A DNA stretch of 64,000 nt, from NCBI GenBank assembly GCA_902769805.1, contig CACXQL010000001.1, positions 7,526-71,525 of the forward strand, written 5' to 3'. Below are positions 9,782-21,162 of the stretch, piece by piece (positions within the stretch are counted from its first letter, which is position 1; every line of letters starts with the position of its first letter). The stretch comes from an uncultured Prevotellaceae bacterium (lineage in GTDB: Bacteria; Bacteroidota; Bacteroidia; Bacteroidales; Bacteroidaceae). The position numbers were made by a program, and so were the translations under genes. Below the pieces are notes generated by a model, which was not told the origin of the DNA, did not search any database, and worked only from the letters and a program-made list of their open reading frames with translations.

Positions 9782-10537
9782 TCAATACAGCGTTTTTCCT
9801 CCATCAATAATCAATGAATGTCCTGTCACAAACGATGAAGCATCTGACAAGAGGTAGACAATGCCTAACGCCACTTCACGTGGTTCTCCATATCGTTTCA
9901 TCGGGTATGTCTGCATATCACGTTGTCTGTCCTCTTCTGAATAAGTTCCTGGTTTAAGCAGTCCTGTATTAATCATACCAGGATTTACGCTGTTGCAGCG
10001 GATACCGCTAACTGCAGACTCTAATGCCACGTTCTTCATGAACACCTGAAGCGCACCTTTCGACGAACCATACATCGCATTGGCTATTGCCGTAGTGTAA
10101 ACACCACCAATAGACACCGTAAACACTATCGATGCTCCTTTTACAAACTTCTTTTTCTTCAGCAGGCGCTGTGTCAGGAACATTGGAGCCATTGCATTAA
10201 TAGACATAATACGCTCTAGATCCTCACGGTTAATGAATTTCACCAGAGCTGGTTTGGTGACACCGGCATTACTGACAAAGCCATCCAGTTTATCTATCTC
10301 ACCAACGAGTCTGTCTATTTCTTCGTCAATAGTCAGGTTGGCGACGATATATCGATGCAGGTCACTGTCTTCAAGTTCTGCTAAAGTTGTTCTCAACCCA
10401 TCCTCATTGATATCTGTAAGGATGAGGTTTGCTCCAAGTTTGGCACATTCGACAGCAGTTGCTCTACCTATACCCCCTGCAGCGCCAGTAATCAAAATCG
10501 ATTTACCCTCAAGCGTAAACGGATTATAACTTGCCAT
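9782..10537 (-). CDS. SDR oxidoreductase (FabG-like)
   Basis: TGAAGGIG, SNAG, YGSSK, NSVNPG, IDGG. Confidence 0.9.
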   Translation of the reverse strand: MASYNPFTLEGKSILITGAAGGIGRATAVECAKLGANLILTDINEDGLRTTLAELEDSDLHRYIVANLTIDEEIDRLVGEIDKLDGFVSNAGVTKPALVKFINREDLERIMSINAMAPMFLTQRLLKKKKFVKGASIVFTVSIGGVYTTAIANAMYGSSKGALQVFMKNVALESAVSGIRCNSVNPGMINTGLLKPGTYSEEDRQRDMQTYPMKRYGEPREVALGIVYLLSDASSFVTGHSLIIDGGKTLY

Positions 10538-10767
10538 TACAATTTAGATTTCACAATGTTGAATAAATCCTCAACTGTCATAGACTCGCGAATATCTTCA
10601 CCCTGTAACGACACGTTATATTCCTCGTCCACCATTCCAATCACACCAAGTGCAATCAGAGATGACCACTCATCCAATTCCTTGAACTTTGTTTCTGCCT
10701 TAATCTCACTTGCATCAGTATCATCAAACTGATTTGCAAAGTTTTCAATAAAATCTTTTAGTTCCAT
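10537..10767 (-). CDS. Acyl carrier protein
   Basis: 76 aa, acidic, EWSSL site, TVEDL. Confidence 0.88.
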   Translation of the reverse strand: MELKDFIENFANQFDDTDASEIKAETKFKELDEWSSLIALGVIGMVDEEYNVSLQGEDIRESMTVEDLFNIVKSKL

Positions 10768-10802
10768 AATTACTTAAATATTTTAAAATTTTGAATATTA
10801 CA

Positions 10803-11981
10803 TTATCGGTCACGCCAATTAACATCAACTCTATTGTTTAGAACATCATCCAACAAGACCTCCATTCCAGAAAGAACTTCCTCACGCTTTTGTTCTGAAC
10901 GGATATACATAAACAAAGTCATCAAATTTTTTAAAGAATATGATTTAAATGTATATGCTTTATGTATTGATGGGAAAAATTTCCTAATTGCTCTCATAAA
11001 TAATGATTGGTTTCTAAATGCCCCCATATACCGAGACAAGTCATGATAACAGAATTGCTTAAATTGTTGACCAACAAAGTTATCATCTTTTACTTTTTGA
11101 GATCGTTCTTGAAAAGCCGAAAAATCTTGCTGTTCATTATAGCGGGTGAATTTTTTATCAACACTCTTTACTAAATGTTTTTTTACTCCTACCTTTCTAT
11201 TAGTAAAAGAAACCTCAAGCATAATTGCCTCATCTGTTTGTCCTGGACGGATATCTCTAAATAAAAAATTACCTTGACCATATAACAGATAAGCACCATT
11301 ATACCACTCCTCACAACCAATACAATGAGTATGCTGAGAAAGTATCATATCAGCCCCATTATCTACCATACGATGGAAACGCTTTTTTATTTCTGGTGAC
11401 GGATAACGAAATCTTTCTATACCACCATGGTAGATAACAATTAAATAGTCACATTTTGATTTCAACTCCTCAATTTCCCGACAAACAACATATTCATCAT
11501 ATAACCATGCGCCTCCTTTATCTGTTGTCGGATTATTAAACATCAACTCACAGACATTATATAAACCTATTTTATTAGTGCCTAATTCATATATAATAGA
11601 ACGATTTATCTCCTTTTCATTGCATCCTGCACCAATATGACTTATACCGACCTTATCCAAAGTGTCAATTGTATCTATAACTCCTTGATGCCCCCCGTCA
11701 GTTACATGATTGTTTGCTAATGTTACACAATTAATTCCAAGCTTTTTATATGCAGCTATACAACTTGTTGGAGCCACAATAACCGCACCAACTTTATTAC
11801 ATCTTCCAGGATTATCTGTCAATGCCCCTTCCAAATTACATATAGCCAACTCTGCATCAGCAAACATCTCACATATTTTCTCACCAAAAAGTGATTTAGT
11901 ATCACCATCAGAAAAATAATTCACATTAGTATACGTTGGGAAAGTATCACCAACAATAATTATTTTCTTAGTATCAAGCAT
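10803..11981 (-). CDS. CapA/PGA_cap family metallophosphoesterase-fold protein
   Basis: VGD, NLEG, LANNHVTDGG, HGGIE, QHTH, YGQGNF. Confidence 0.88.
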   Translation of the reverse strand: MLDTKKIIIVGDTFPTYTNVNYFSDGDTKSLFGEKICEMFADAELAICNLEGALTDNPGRCNKVGAVIVAPTSCIAAYKKLGINCVTLANNHVTDGGHQGVIDTIDTLDKVGISHIGAGCNEKEINRSIIYELGTNKIGLYNVCELMFNNPTTDKGGAWLYDEYVVCREIEELKSKCDYLIVIYHGGIERFRYPSPEIKKRFHRMVDNGADMILSQHTHCIGCEEWYNGAYLLYGQGNFLFRDIRPGQTDEAIMLEVSFTNRKVGVKKHLVKSVDKKFTRYNEQQDFSAFQERSQKVKDDNFVGQQFKQFCYHDLSRYMGAFRNQSLFMRAIRKFFPSIHKAYTFKSYSLKNLMTLFMYIRSEQKREEVLSGMEVLLDDVLNNRVDVNWRDR

Positions 11982-12081
11982 GAATTTAAAATATTAATTA
12001 CCGAGAATGTGAAAACCTCAATAGTCATAAGAAATAGACACAGGGAACAAACTATGTAACCAACTATACTTTGTTCTTGCA

Positions 12082-13230
12082 TTAATTATTTTTTTTTAAA
12101 ACCTCTTTGTATATACTTATAATTTTATCTGCTATAACATTCTGGGAAAAATGGTTATAACAATATTTCTGAATATCTTCTGAATTGTAATCTGAATAAT
12201 GCGTCAACATATAATTCATCGCATCTGCCAACTCTTTCACATTTTCCTTTTCAACGAGTCTTCCATGTTCTGAGCGTAGGAAAGTCTCTGGACCGCCGCA
12301 TCTGGTAGCGATTACAGGCAGCCCCTTTGCCATAGCCTCAATCACAACAATGGAGAAAGTCTCATGGCGACTTGATAACACAAAACAATCAGAATGACAA
12401 AGTAAATCACTAACTTCATCTGGTGTTTTAATGCCCATCAGCTTTATCTGACTGTCGAGATGATTTTCTACAATTTTATTCTCAATATAGGGACGATCAG
12501 GACCGTCACCGATGATATCCAAATAAACATTTTTGGGGAAACAACCAAAGGCAAAGGCATCCACCAAGATATCAAAACCTTTGTCTCTGTTCTCTCTAAA
12601 TGCGCCACAAGCAATAAACCTAAAGGCATTACCATTCCTTCCTTTTCTGGATGATTGAAAGAAAAGATTACTGACCATGTTATGTATAACAATACTGTCA
12701 ACCTGGAAATTACGTTTCAGCGAATCAGATAAAACCTGTGAAACACAGATAACCGCATCTGCCTTGTGATAGACATTTGATATTGTTCTAAGCCATTGAG
12801 GAATTTCAGGGACATTTATTTTTGACCAATGCTCAGTGATAATAAAAGGCAAGCAATACTTTTCTTTCAAGAAAATAACAGAAGAAGCAAAACTTAAAAT
12901 ATGTGCATGAACCACGTCTGGCATTCCTTGTTCACTTACAAATCTTTTAAAAGCACATTTATAAGAAAACTGCCTAAAAAAAATATTCAATTTCCCCACA
13001 AATCGAATTTGGAGAAAAGGGAAACCACCTTCATATACATTAATTGTATCGACCTTTCTATATGTAATCTTACCCCAATTAAAGAGCCATAATAAAGGTT
13101 TGTTATATATAGAAATTACCGACACCTCATGTCCTTTTGCAGCAATAGCTTTCGCTTGGACAGCCTCATAATTGCCTGCCATTGGATCCTCTGCCGATGG
13201 GAAGCCTCTTGTTACGAATAAAACTTTCAT
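12082..13230 (-). CDS. Glycosyltransferase family 4
   Basis: PDVVHAH, ITEH, KGFDIL, ETFSIVVIEAMAKGLPVI. Confidence 0.92.
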   Translation of the reverse strand: MKVLFVTRGFPSAEDPMAGNYEAVQAKAIAAKGHEVSVISIYNKPLLWLFNWGKITYRKVDTINVYEGGFPFLQIRFVGKLNIFFRQFSYKCAFKRFVSEQGMPDVVHAHILSFASSVIFLKEKYCLPFIITEHWSKINVPEIPQWLRTISNVYHKADAVICVSQVLSDSLKRNFQVDSIVIHNMVSNLFFQSSRKGRNGNAFRFIACGAFRENRDKGFDILVDAFAFGCFPKNVYLDIIGDGPDRPYIENKIVENHLDSQIKLMGIKTPDEVSDLLCHSDCFVLSSRHETFSIVVIEAMAKGLPVIATRCGGPETFLRSEHGRLVEKENVKELADAMNYMLTHYSDYNSEDIQKYCYNHFSQNVIADKIISIYKEVLKKNN

Positions 13231-14434
13231 TTTTCATTCTATTTTTAACATCGAAATCAGACATAACATATAGTGTTGCAAAAAAAACCCATATAAAATG
13301 AGGTCTTAGATTCTCACTGTTAATGACTGAATAAAATGGGAAAGATAAAAGGGAACATATAATAATAGATTTAAGAGATTTGTCCTTTGTTTTCCTTGCA
13401 TTTTTGAACATCTTCATCAAAAATAGTATAAAACCAATAAATATAATCAATCCATATTCTAGCAAAATCTCCAATATCATATTATGGGAATAAATAACAG
13501 TATAAATATTCGTTTGTGAATGTTCCAAAATATAAAACATGCTTCCAACGCCTTTTCCAAAACCATAAGAATCCACAAATCCTAACCAAGAACTCAACCA
13601 TAAAATGAGTCTTGCATTATCTTCTAGCATATCCTTATCTGACAATCTATTAAATAATGTACTTAAAAGAATATGACCATACAACACAAACAGGACTAAA
13701 ACTACCAATAACCCTAAAAACAATAACAATTTCTTACGATAAGTTCCTCCTTTAAATTTGAATATAAAATATGTTGAACTCATAATTAAGAGTGATAATA
13801 GTCCACCCCGAGAAGAATTCCTTGACATAATAAATATAACTAGCAGAACTATTACCATATTTTTTATCCCCCAGCCTTTACTCTGTGATAAGGTATACAA
13901 TATAAATGGGAACGACAAACACATAAAATAGCAATATGTATTCGGATTATAAAAAGTTACTGAAGCGTATGTGTCCCCTCGAGATTCAACAAAAGCATCA
14001 CTTTCTTCTCTAGCAGAAAGTAAATGATTACCTGATATAATTTCCCACATTGCAATCACCGATGTTAAAAGAAATGCACACACCCATGCTTTTGCTATTG
14101 TTTGAAGCGGGTTATTTGCTTTGAAAGAAAAAACAATAATTTCCAAAAACAATATAACATGAATAAATAGAAAAAATATATCTAAACATCCATCTGCTAA
14201 TTTGGGGGTCCATACCAAAGAAAGAAAAGCATAAGCAAGCCAAAACATTAAAAAAGATACAAATATTTTTGTTGAAGTCAATTTTAAAATATTAGAATTT
14301 TTTAATAATTGAGGAAGAAAGAATATAGACAACAGTGTTGTTGGATGAAACCATCCCCACCTACCATATATTGTACTTACAATAATAACAAACAAAAATG
14401 TATCGTATTTATTATTTCGTAATACTATATCCAT
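13166..14434 (-). CDS. wzy: O-antigen ligase-like / Wzy polymerase
   Basis: Multi-TM protein; NPN, SRGG, R-x-x-LW, GKGVG and SHNMILEILLEYG motifs. Confidence 0.78.
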   Translation of the reverse strand: MDIVLRNNKYDTFLFVIIVSTIYGRWGWFHPTTLLSIFFLPQLLKNSNILKLTSTKIFVSFLMFWLAYAFLSLVWTPKLADGCLDIFFLFIHVILFLEIIVFSFKANNPLQTIAKAWVCAFLLTSVIAMWEIISGNHLLSAREESDAFVESRGDTYASVTFYNPNTYCYFMCLSFPFILYTLSQSKGWGIKNMVIVLLVIFIMSRNSSRGGLLSLLIMSSTYFIFKFKGGTYRKKLLLFLGLLVVLVLFVLYGHILLSTLFNRLSDKDMLEDNARLILWLSSWLGFVDSYGFGKGVGSMFYILEHSQTNIYTVIYSHNMILEILLEYGLIIFIGFILFLMKMFKNARKTKDKSLKSIIICSLLSFPFYSVINSENLRPHFIWVFFATLYVMSDFDVKNRMKNESFIRNKRLPIGRGSNGRQL

Positions 14435-14461
14435 CTGATAAATGTTTAAGACAAACTAAAC

Positions 14462-15628
14462 TTACATTAACAAATTAATAAGGTTTTCTGTTGCAGTACC
14501 TTTTTCGAATGAACCAATTTCCATCAAGAATTTGTCTAACTTTTTCTTATATTCTATTTGATTGTATTTTGCCAATTGCTGGTCAATATCCAGATTATTA
14601 TTTAAAACAATAAAAGGTAAGCTATCAATATCCAAATAAAAACCTCTGTCATACGTCAAGCGATCTGGAACATAAAGGATAACTGGCTTATAAGAATACA
14701 TAAAATCGAACATGCAGGAAGAATAGTCAGTGACTAACACATCTGCTGAATACAACAATTCTATCATGTCGGGATAGGAAGATGCATCAATAGTATCTGA
14801 CGGGAATCTAGTAAGAAAGTCCTCTTTGTTTTTCAGCAAATTAGGATGCAGTCTTACCATATTGACATATTTCTCTCCGTACTTCTGCTCTAATATGGTC
14901 TTAATTTTCTGCAGATCAACATCATAATAGGTAAAATCACCTCCAGCCCTAAATGTTGGCGCATACAAGATAATCTTAGTATCCTTGGCTATTCCATAGC
15001 ATACTCTAACCTTTTCTGTCACTTCTGGCTTTTGTTGGAAAAAGATATCATTTCGAGGAGTACCTATTTCATGTATGACCTGCATGGGATAAAGACACTT
15101 CTCATGCAGTATCTTAGTCATGAAGCGAGAACCGGAAACCAGAATATCAGTCAGTTTTGCATTATATTTTGTGATTAAACCACCTGAGAAGATGCCATGG
15201 TGAGATGGTTCTTTATGGGTATACATATCAATACCTATACGCTTTAATGCAGTCCCATGCCATGTCTGGACACATATCTGTCCCTTACGCTTTACCAGCA
15301 TCCTCTTGTCTAATGACACATTTGACAATATATATTTAGATGTCAGAATATGGAAATAATACCAAAATGTATATAACTTAACCTTTTTATGTTCACAATC
15401 GGTCAAATTATAAAACATATCCGTGAATGCCCAAACAATAGTTGATGAAGGGTTTTGAACAGCAATATAATCAGACAAACACTTTATACTATCTCCATAG
15501 CTGTTACCCGTCATGGAAATGCAAAAGAATTTGTTCTTACAAAGCGGAACAAAGGCTACAATGCACCTCGCCACATAGTAGGATATCAGGATCTTAATGA
15601 GTCTTATTACTTTAGCATATTTTGTCAT
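14462..15628 (-). CDS. CDP-glycerol/polyol phosphotransferase (TagF/TagB-like)
   Basis: QTWHGTALK, GTPRND, LYAPTFR, RLHP, TDYSS. Confidence 0.92.
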   Translation of the reverse strand: MTKYAKVIRLIKILISYYVARCIVAFVPLCKNKFFCISMTGNSYGDSIKCLSDYIAVQNPSSTIVWAFTDMFYNLTDCEHKKVKLYTFWYYFHILTSKYILSNVSLDKRMLVKRKGQICVQTWHGTALKRIGIDMYTHKEPSHHGIFSGGLITKYNAKLTDILVSGSRFMTKILHEKCLYPMQVIHEIGTPRNDIFFQQKPEVTEKVRVCYGIAKDTKIILYAPTFRAGGDFTYYDVDLQKIKTILEQKYGEKYVNMVRLHPNLLKNKEDFLTRFPSDTIDASSYPDMIELLYSADVLVTDYSSCMFDFMYSYKPVILYVPDRLTYDRGFYLDIDSLPFIVLNNNLDIDQQLAKYNQIEYKKKLDKFLMEIGSFEKGTATENLINLLM

Positions 15629-15662
15629 AATACGGTCTTGCTAACGCCTCTATTAAAATGCA

Positions 15663-16706
15663 CTATAGAGATATTTTCCAAAACTTATACAAATAGCATA
15701 TCGCCATCGTAATCAAAAGACATGCTAAAACGTATAAAAAAGGATGGGTACAAATCATCTCAGTTCCTCCCAAGTAATTTAGCCCTATCATCGGCAATCG
15801 CTGATATATATATAAGGGAAACAGACTCACACCAAACCACAACAGCAGAGGATTTCTAAGGCTAATCTTCATACTCAAAAGAATGGAAATCAGAACAAAG
15901 AAGATACAGTCAATGTTATTGGTCAATCCATATAAACGAGGGATACCCAGTCTTTTATGACAGTAGAATAAAATGAAGAGTATGATTGATGCTAATAACA
16001 TCACAATATAATGCTTTTGTAGCTGTTCTTCAATCCATTTCTTGTTATACGAATAAAAAACGCCAGCGGGAAAACAAAGGATTGTATTGTACCATCTATA
16101 CTCTTTTACTTGAGACAAGATGAGCATGATGATTATTAATAAACCCAACAACATCCACCTGTTACCCTTTAATCGATAGTTAATGTAAAAGGCAAGGTAA
16201 CAAACCAGTATCACAAATATATACCAATTGCTATTACCAACCGATTTCCAACCAATCAGGGACAAAGATATACGTGATAAAGAGAGTTCGTTACCAATTA
16301 AAAAAGCCAACAATATAAACACACATACAGCTACATCGAAATTCAGCAAGGTGGTCAACAGCCTTTTACGTGGGAAAGTTTCTAAATAAGCCCCACCCTT
16401 TTTCTTCAAGGATTCCATTACTCCATAACCGGAATAAAAAAGGAATAAAGCTACCACCCACTGACCAATCTGTGTACTTATAGAAATAAACCAGCTGTCA
16501 AACATGGAGCTACCCTCGTAGCCATTAGTCAACATGTACCTGGATATATGGCTATAAAAAATCAGAAGAATGAATATTCCTTTTACCGCATTGCACTGTT
16601 CTTTCCCTATATAATCTGCATAAAACCCAGATTTCTTGTAAGAGGCTCCAACAAGAATCAATAATGTCAGGAATATATAGAATGCTATCATCGGTTGAAA
16701 AGACAA
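15663..16706 (-). CDS. Acyltransferase family 3 membrane protein
   Basis: KGIFILLIFYSH, VALFLFYSGYG, WYIF, YIYQ; multi-TM. Confidence 0.8.
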   Translation of the reverse strand: MSFQPMIAFYIFLTLLILVGASYKKSGFYADYIGKEQCNAVKGIFILLIFYSHISRYMLTNGYEGSSMFDSWFISISTQIGQWVVALFLFYSGYGVMESLKKKGGAYLETFPRKRLLTTLLNFDVAVCVFILLAFLIGNELSLSRISLSLIGWKSVGNSNWYIFVILVCYLAFYINYRLKGNRWMLLGLLIIIMLILSQVKEYRWYNTILCFPAGVFYSYNKKWIEEQLQKHYIVMLLASIILFILFYCHKRLGIPRLYGLTNNIDCIFFVLISILLSMKISLRNPLLLWFGVSLFPLYIYQRLPMIGLNYLGGTEMICTHPFLYVLACLLITMAICYLYKFWKISL

Positions 16707-16710
16707 ACAT

Positions 16711-17448
16711 TTATTTGGCTACTCTTCCACTATTCACCTTGTATTCATAGCTGTGCGATCCCTCTTTTCTGAAGTCCTCATGGTAGCGTGTCAAAACATA
16801 CTTGAATACCTCTTCATACTGAGGGATGAACAGATCGTCCTTTGCTTCTACATGTGCTATTATCTGTTCTGCTAATTGAGATGTCTGACTCAAATCAGTT
16901 TTTCCTTGATTGAAACTCGTTCCTTTGATGGAGCCTGGAGACACATTCAATATCCTGTTAGATGTGCCTGCTTTCTCCAACTCAACGTTGACACTCTCGA
17001 TAAATATCTTCAAGGCTGCCTTGGAGGCACCATAAAGAGAGAAGAACGGTGAAGACATAAAGCCTGCGATGCTTACCATCACTCCACAATAGAAATCTTC
17101 GTCATGCAGCATCTTATCATAAAAATGTTTGACCACGCGAATGACAGCCACGGTATTTACATTGAAATACAAAGGTATCATGCGCTCATCAATGTCTTCA
17201 AACAAAGAGAGTCGGCCAAATCCTGCCGTAATAATCAAGCCATTAATATCATTGAAACGATCGAATATTGAATAATCTTCGCTGGTCAGATCAAACTGAT
17301 AACTCTCAATCTTATCTTCCTGGTATTCACTTGCCAATTCGGCCTTGTCTACGATATAGACTTTCTCAATTTCATCTTTGGCGGTCAACTCCTTTGCTAT
17401 GGAAAGACCGATACCATTAGCGCCGCCTACTACCAATACTCTTTTCAT
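16711..17448 (-). CDS. SDR oxidoreductase
   Basis: VGGANGIG, TAG, YGASK, NVSPG; start placed at MKRVL. Confidence 0.87.
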   Translation of the reverse strand: MKRVLVVGGANGIGLSIAKELTAKDEIEKVYIVDKAELASEYQEDKIESYQFDLTSEDYSIFDRFNDINGLIITAGFGRLSLFEDIDERMIPLYFNVNTVAVIRVVKHFYDKMLHDEDFYCGVMVSIAGFMSSPFFSLYGASKAALKIFIESVNVELEKAGTSNRILNVSPGSIKGTSFNQGKTDLSQTSQLAEQIIAHVEAKDDLFIPQYEEVFKYVLTRYHEDFRKEGSHSYEYKVNSGRVAK

Positions 17449-17486
17449 ATTTCCTAAAACTTCTTTGAAAACATTATATATGTACA

Positions 17487-18398
17487 TTATCTTGAAGTAT
17501 TAGTTATCATACTCCATATACTCCCATGTATTGTGGTAAACATAACTTTTTCATTATAAATAAAACACCCTTCTGGTTCATCATATATGCCATATAACAT
17601 CAAATCTATACGCTTTTCCAACTGACGAGAAAGCAAATTTATAATATTCATATACATACCAACCGAAGAATTACCTTGTAAAACATACAAGTTACCATCT
17701 TTAACACAACCACCTTGCATATTTATAGCACTACATGAAAGTATATATGAATCTATCATATCCTCATCTTCTAAATATACTTCTTTATGATGGACATCAG
17801 GAATCTCAAAACATGAAATTTTGCAGACTCCATAATTATCATCTTCCATATTATTATTCCTTGAATACGTATATATCAATCTTGTTTCCTGGTCAATTAC
17901 AGTATTTACATTTCCCATCGAATTCTCATTAGACATGACAGGGTAATAAATAGTCTGTACTTTTTCCACCTCAATAGAGGAAATATTCTTTAAACCATCA
18001 TCACTTGACGGAATTATTCTAAAAACCTCAGTAAAGCAACGGTTTACCTCGTTTGCTCTTTGACTGATATACAATAATGGGAAATAATCGTCTACCAAAT
18101 AAAAATTAACCCCAAATGTTGCTTGATTACAATGATATATAGAAGGTGTTCTGCATTTAAGTTTTATAGAACAAAGAATTTTTTTTATTTTTAAATCATA
18201 CAAAACAATATCCTTACATCCAATAGAAACTAAAAATAAATAATCATTATAAACTGCAACACTTTGATTATTAACAATGTCATCTGCAAAATGAGTAATA
18301 ATAACAGAGTCGTCGTTATTATAATCATTAGAACATGAGGTTATACATATAATATTACACAAAAATAATGTGATAAGAATATAATAAAAGTATTTCAT
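17487..18398 (-). CDS. Hypothetical lipoprotein (possible beta-propeller)
   Basis: Signal peptide ending ITSC; HCNQ, MQG and EPEG motifs. Confidence 0.65.
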   Translation of the reverse strand: MKYFYYILITLFLCNIICITSCSNDYNNDDSVIITHFADDIVNNQSVAVYNDYLFLVSIGCKDIVLYDLKIKKILCSIKLKCRTPSIYHCNQATFGVNFYLVDDYFPLLYISQRANEVNRCFTEVFRIIPSSDDGLKNISSIEVEKVQTIYYPVMSNENSMGNVNTVIDQETRLIYTYSRNNNMEDDNYGVCKISCFEIPDVHHKEVYLEDEDMIDSYILSCSAINMQGGCVKDGNLYVLQGNSSVGMYMNIINLLSRQLEKRIDLMLYGIYDEPEGCFIYNEKVMFTTIHGSIWSMITNTSR

Positions 18399-19741
18399 AT
18401 TCTTATCACATTTTTACATTCTCTAAACTGTTGCATCACATCTGCCATACAAATACTTTCATGCCTGCGAAGCCTAGCCGTACTTAAACGGTGATTAAAT
18501 ATACAAGATATAAATTCCTGAATTTCATACCTTAAGCCAGCACCATCCCACTTGTAAAAGTATTTTTTATTTTGATTCTGGTCTTCAAAACGAAACTCAT
18601 AATAATCCGTAAGCCACCACGGTGAAGTAACATATGCATAACCTTTTGTTCCTGAGATTACCAGATTTCCTTCTGTCTTAACACCCAATCCTAACTGGAA
18701 GGAACAAACACCATGAGGGTAAAGTATCACTCCTTTAGTGTATAAATCAACCCCATTCTGCATCTTGGAATAAAAATTGACATTCTGGATATCCGTTCCC
18801 ATCAGTCGAATAATCGGCAGTAAAGGATATGACCCCATCTCATACATGGAACCACCTGCCTGAGCCGGGTCAAGTTCACGAGTAAATTTCTCACCCCATA
18901 ACTTCGACTCTGATACGTTAATATCTACTACTTCGCCTATCACACCACTCTTAATCATCGCAATTAGATGATTAAAGGCGGGAGCATAAGCGGTTTTATT
19001 TGCTTCCATCAGCACCACGCCATTCTTTTCAGCCAAGACAAACAATTCTCTCGCCTCGGCACCATCAAGAACCAAAGGGGTCTCACATAGCACATGCTTC
19101 TTTTTCTGCAAAGCCTTTTTCGTTAACTCATAGTGTGAAAGATGAGGTGTTGCCACATATACTGCATCGACATGCTCCAGCAATTCTTCGTAGCTTTGGT
19201 ATATGTTTACAACACCATGGTTGTATGCAAAGTCACATGCTTTGGGACTATCAATGTCATAGACACCACAAACTTTGACATAGCTGACAAATTCCGACTC
19301 AGGCACAAAACGCTCAGCTATTCTCCCTGTACCAACGATGCCTACTTTGATATCTTCCTGCAGTTCCTCACGAAGCATAGTGGAGGATATCCCTTCTGTC
19401 CGAGGGAGATATACAACTTGGCAATACTCATTCAAATAATCAAATTCCCCCTCCCAGTCAGAACCAATAGCAAAGATGTCAACTTCATATTTTTGTATAT
19501 CATCTATCTTCTGACCGACATAATCTTCAATGATAATTTTGTCGGCAAGACCTGTTGCCTTGACTGCATCTACACGCTCCAAAACATTATTACGCACATT
19601 CAGTTTACCTCGTTCACGGTCAAAACTGTCATTTGTCACACCTACTATTAGATAATCGCCCAGTGCTTTCGCACGCTTCAACAGGTTTATATGTCCTTGA
19701 TGCAACAAGTCGTAGGTACCATATGTGATAACTTTACGCAT
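18395..19741 (-). CDS. Cytidylyltransferase (TagD-like) fused to Gfo/Idh/MocA oxidoreductase
   Basis: TYGTYDLLHQGH and RTEGISST, then VGIVGTGRIA, VYVATPH, HVLCETP. Confidence 0.92.
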   Translation of the reverse strand: MRKVITYGTYDLLHQGHINLLKRAKALGDYLIVGVTNDSFDRERGKLNVRNNVLERVDAVKATGLADKIIIEDYVGQKIDDIQKYEVDIFAIGSDWEGEFDYLNEYCQVVYLPRTEGISSTMLREELQEDIKVGIVGTGRIAERFVPESEFVSYVKVCGVYDIDSPKACDFAYNHGVVNIYQSYEELLEHVDAVYVATPHLSHYELTKKALQKKKHVLCETPLVLDGAEARELFVLAEKNGVVLMEANKTAYAPAFNHLIAMIKSGVIGEVVDINVSESKLWGEKFTRELDPAQAGGSMYEMGSYPLLPIIRLMGTDIQNVNFYSKMQNGVDLYTKGVILYPHGVCSFQLGLGVKTEGNLVISGTKGYAYVTSPWWLTDYYEFRFEDQNQNKKYFYKWDGAGLRYEIQEFISCIFNHRLSTARLRRHESICMADVMQQFRECKNVIRI

Positions 19742-19742
19742 T

Positions 19743-20570
19743 CTATTTCCAATAAAACTTTTGATATTTTATATGTGAGACTTGCTTTTCTTTAGGAGGA
19801 ATTTCCATATAATTTCCATAAATTTTTTTTAAAATATTATCATACCTAGATGATATACAAAACTCTTGGTCTTCAAATGGTACAGACTTATAACTCAGAA
19901 AATCTATAGTTTCAAATATCTCTTGTTTATTTTTCTTGTTCGCTTCTACACAAACTAAGCTAGAACACCTTTTCGTTTTACCAAATTGATGTTCTTTACA
20001 AATATCACATATTTTCTGGTGCCATAACTGAAAATTTCCTCTATTCACCAATTTCAATAAAACAAATTCTATTATAACTTTAATTCTGTTTTTAATGCCT
20101 GTTTTCTCTTTTCTACTTAAATATTTTCGCCAATTCATTACTAAGACAGTATATTGACGCAAATTTTGAAACTGTTCTATGCTCTCTTTTTCGTTATCTG
20201 ATATTCCATCTATTGGATAAATATCAATCCATACCCCAATTTTATGGGATGAAGCTTTTGCAGGACCTAAAACAATAGTCCTATTATCATAAACTCTTGT
20301 AAAGTTTATATAAGTATCATTGTCATAAACAGAACTCAAAATATAACCTTTTTTACTCATGTATTCAGCAGAAAATCTTTCAAAATCAGGGCGCGGCATC
20401 CAAATATCAATATCGTCATCCCATGGGATAAAGCCTCTATGCCTTATAGCACCTATTAAAGAACCATATGCCAAAGAATAATTTATTCCATTGCTTTTAC
20501 AAAAATCATGAATATCTTTCATCATTTCGAGATTTATCTTCTGAATCTCTTTTAGTGTCATTATTTTCAT
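19743..20570 (-). CDS. LicD family phosphotransferase
   Basis: YGSLIGAIRHRGFIPWDDDIDI, WIDIYPID, YGNYMEIPP. Confidence 0.93.
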   Translation of the reverse strand: MKIMTLKEIQKINLEMMKDIHDFCKSNGINYSLAYGSLIGAIRHRGFIPWDDDIDIWMPRPDFERFSAEYMSKKGYILSSVYDNDTYINFTRVYDNRTIVLGPAKASSHKIGVWIDIYPIDGISDNEKESIEQFQNLRQYTVLVMNWRKYLSRKEKTGIKNRIKVIIEFVLLKLVNRGNFQLWHQKICDICKEHQFGKTKRCSSLVCVEANKKNKQEIFETIDFLSYKSVPFEDQEFCISSRYDNILKKIYGNYMEIPPKEKQVSHIKYQKFYWK

Positions 20571-20574
20571 ATTC

Positions 20575-21162
20575 TTAAAACCTATTTCGATTGTGCAACC
20601 TTACACGTATCATTGAATACACATATCGGAAATGACAATACCATTTCGGAAAAGGACAACCACCAATCCATTTTGCTAAAATGACGGAATAATAGTCTGT
20701 TTTTTGTGATGCAAAAAAACCAACGAGCCTAAATCCTGCATGTTTTTTAATTTTATGCATCTTTTTATTGTGATAGGATGTATAAGTATAAATCAGATTT
20801 ATTTCTTTTGAAATGATATATTTGTCTCTTGCTTCCTCTAACTTTGAATATATTCCATATCCTTGATAACTAGGCAATACTGCATCAAACATATAATAGG
20901 CCATACAACCTTTCCCAAACCAGAATTCTCTTTCTCTGATACTTACAGAACATGTTCCTACGACCTTATCATCCAGCAAGGCAACGAAACATTTTCCTTT
21001 GCCTACTTTTTCTTTCAATTCTACCCCCGAATATCTTGCCGTAATTTGTACACCACCTTCTTTATTTTTGTCACAATGAGCAACTTGAAGAATATCGTGG
21101 ATTACCTCCCATGAAACATTCAATGGTTTCTCTACAATTTTGATATTATTACATTCTATCAT
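20575..21162 (-). CDS. GNAT family N-acyltransferase
   Basis: CFVALL-x-VVGTCS, AVLPSYQGYGI; paralog of 4704..5309. Confidence 0.8.
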   Translation of the reverse strand: MIECNNIKIVEKPLNVSWEVIHDILQVAHCDKNKEGGVQITARYSGVELKEKVGKGKCFVALLDDKVVGTCSVSIREREFWFGKGCMAYYMFDAVLPSYQGYGIYSKLEEARDKYIISKEINLIYTYTSYHNKKMHKIKKHAGFRLVGFFASQKTDYYSVILAKWIGGCPFPKWYCHFRYVYSMIRVRLHNRNRF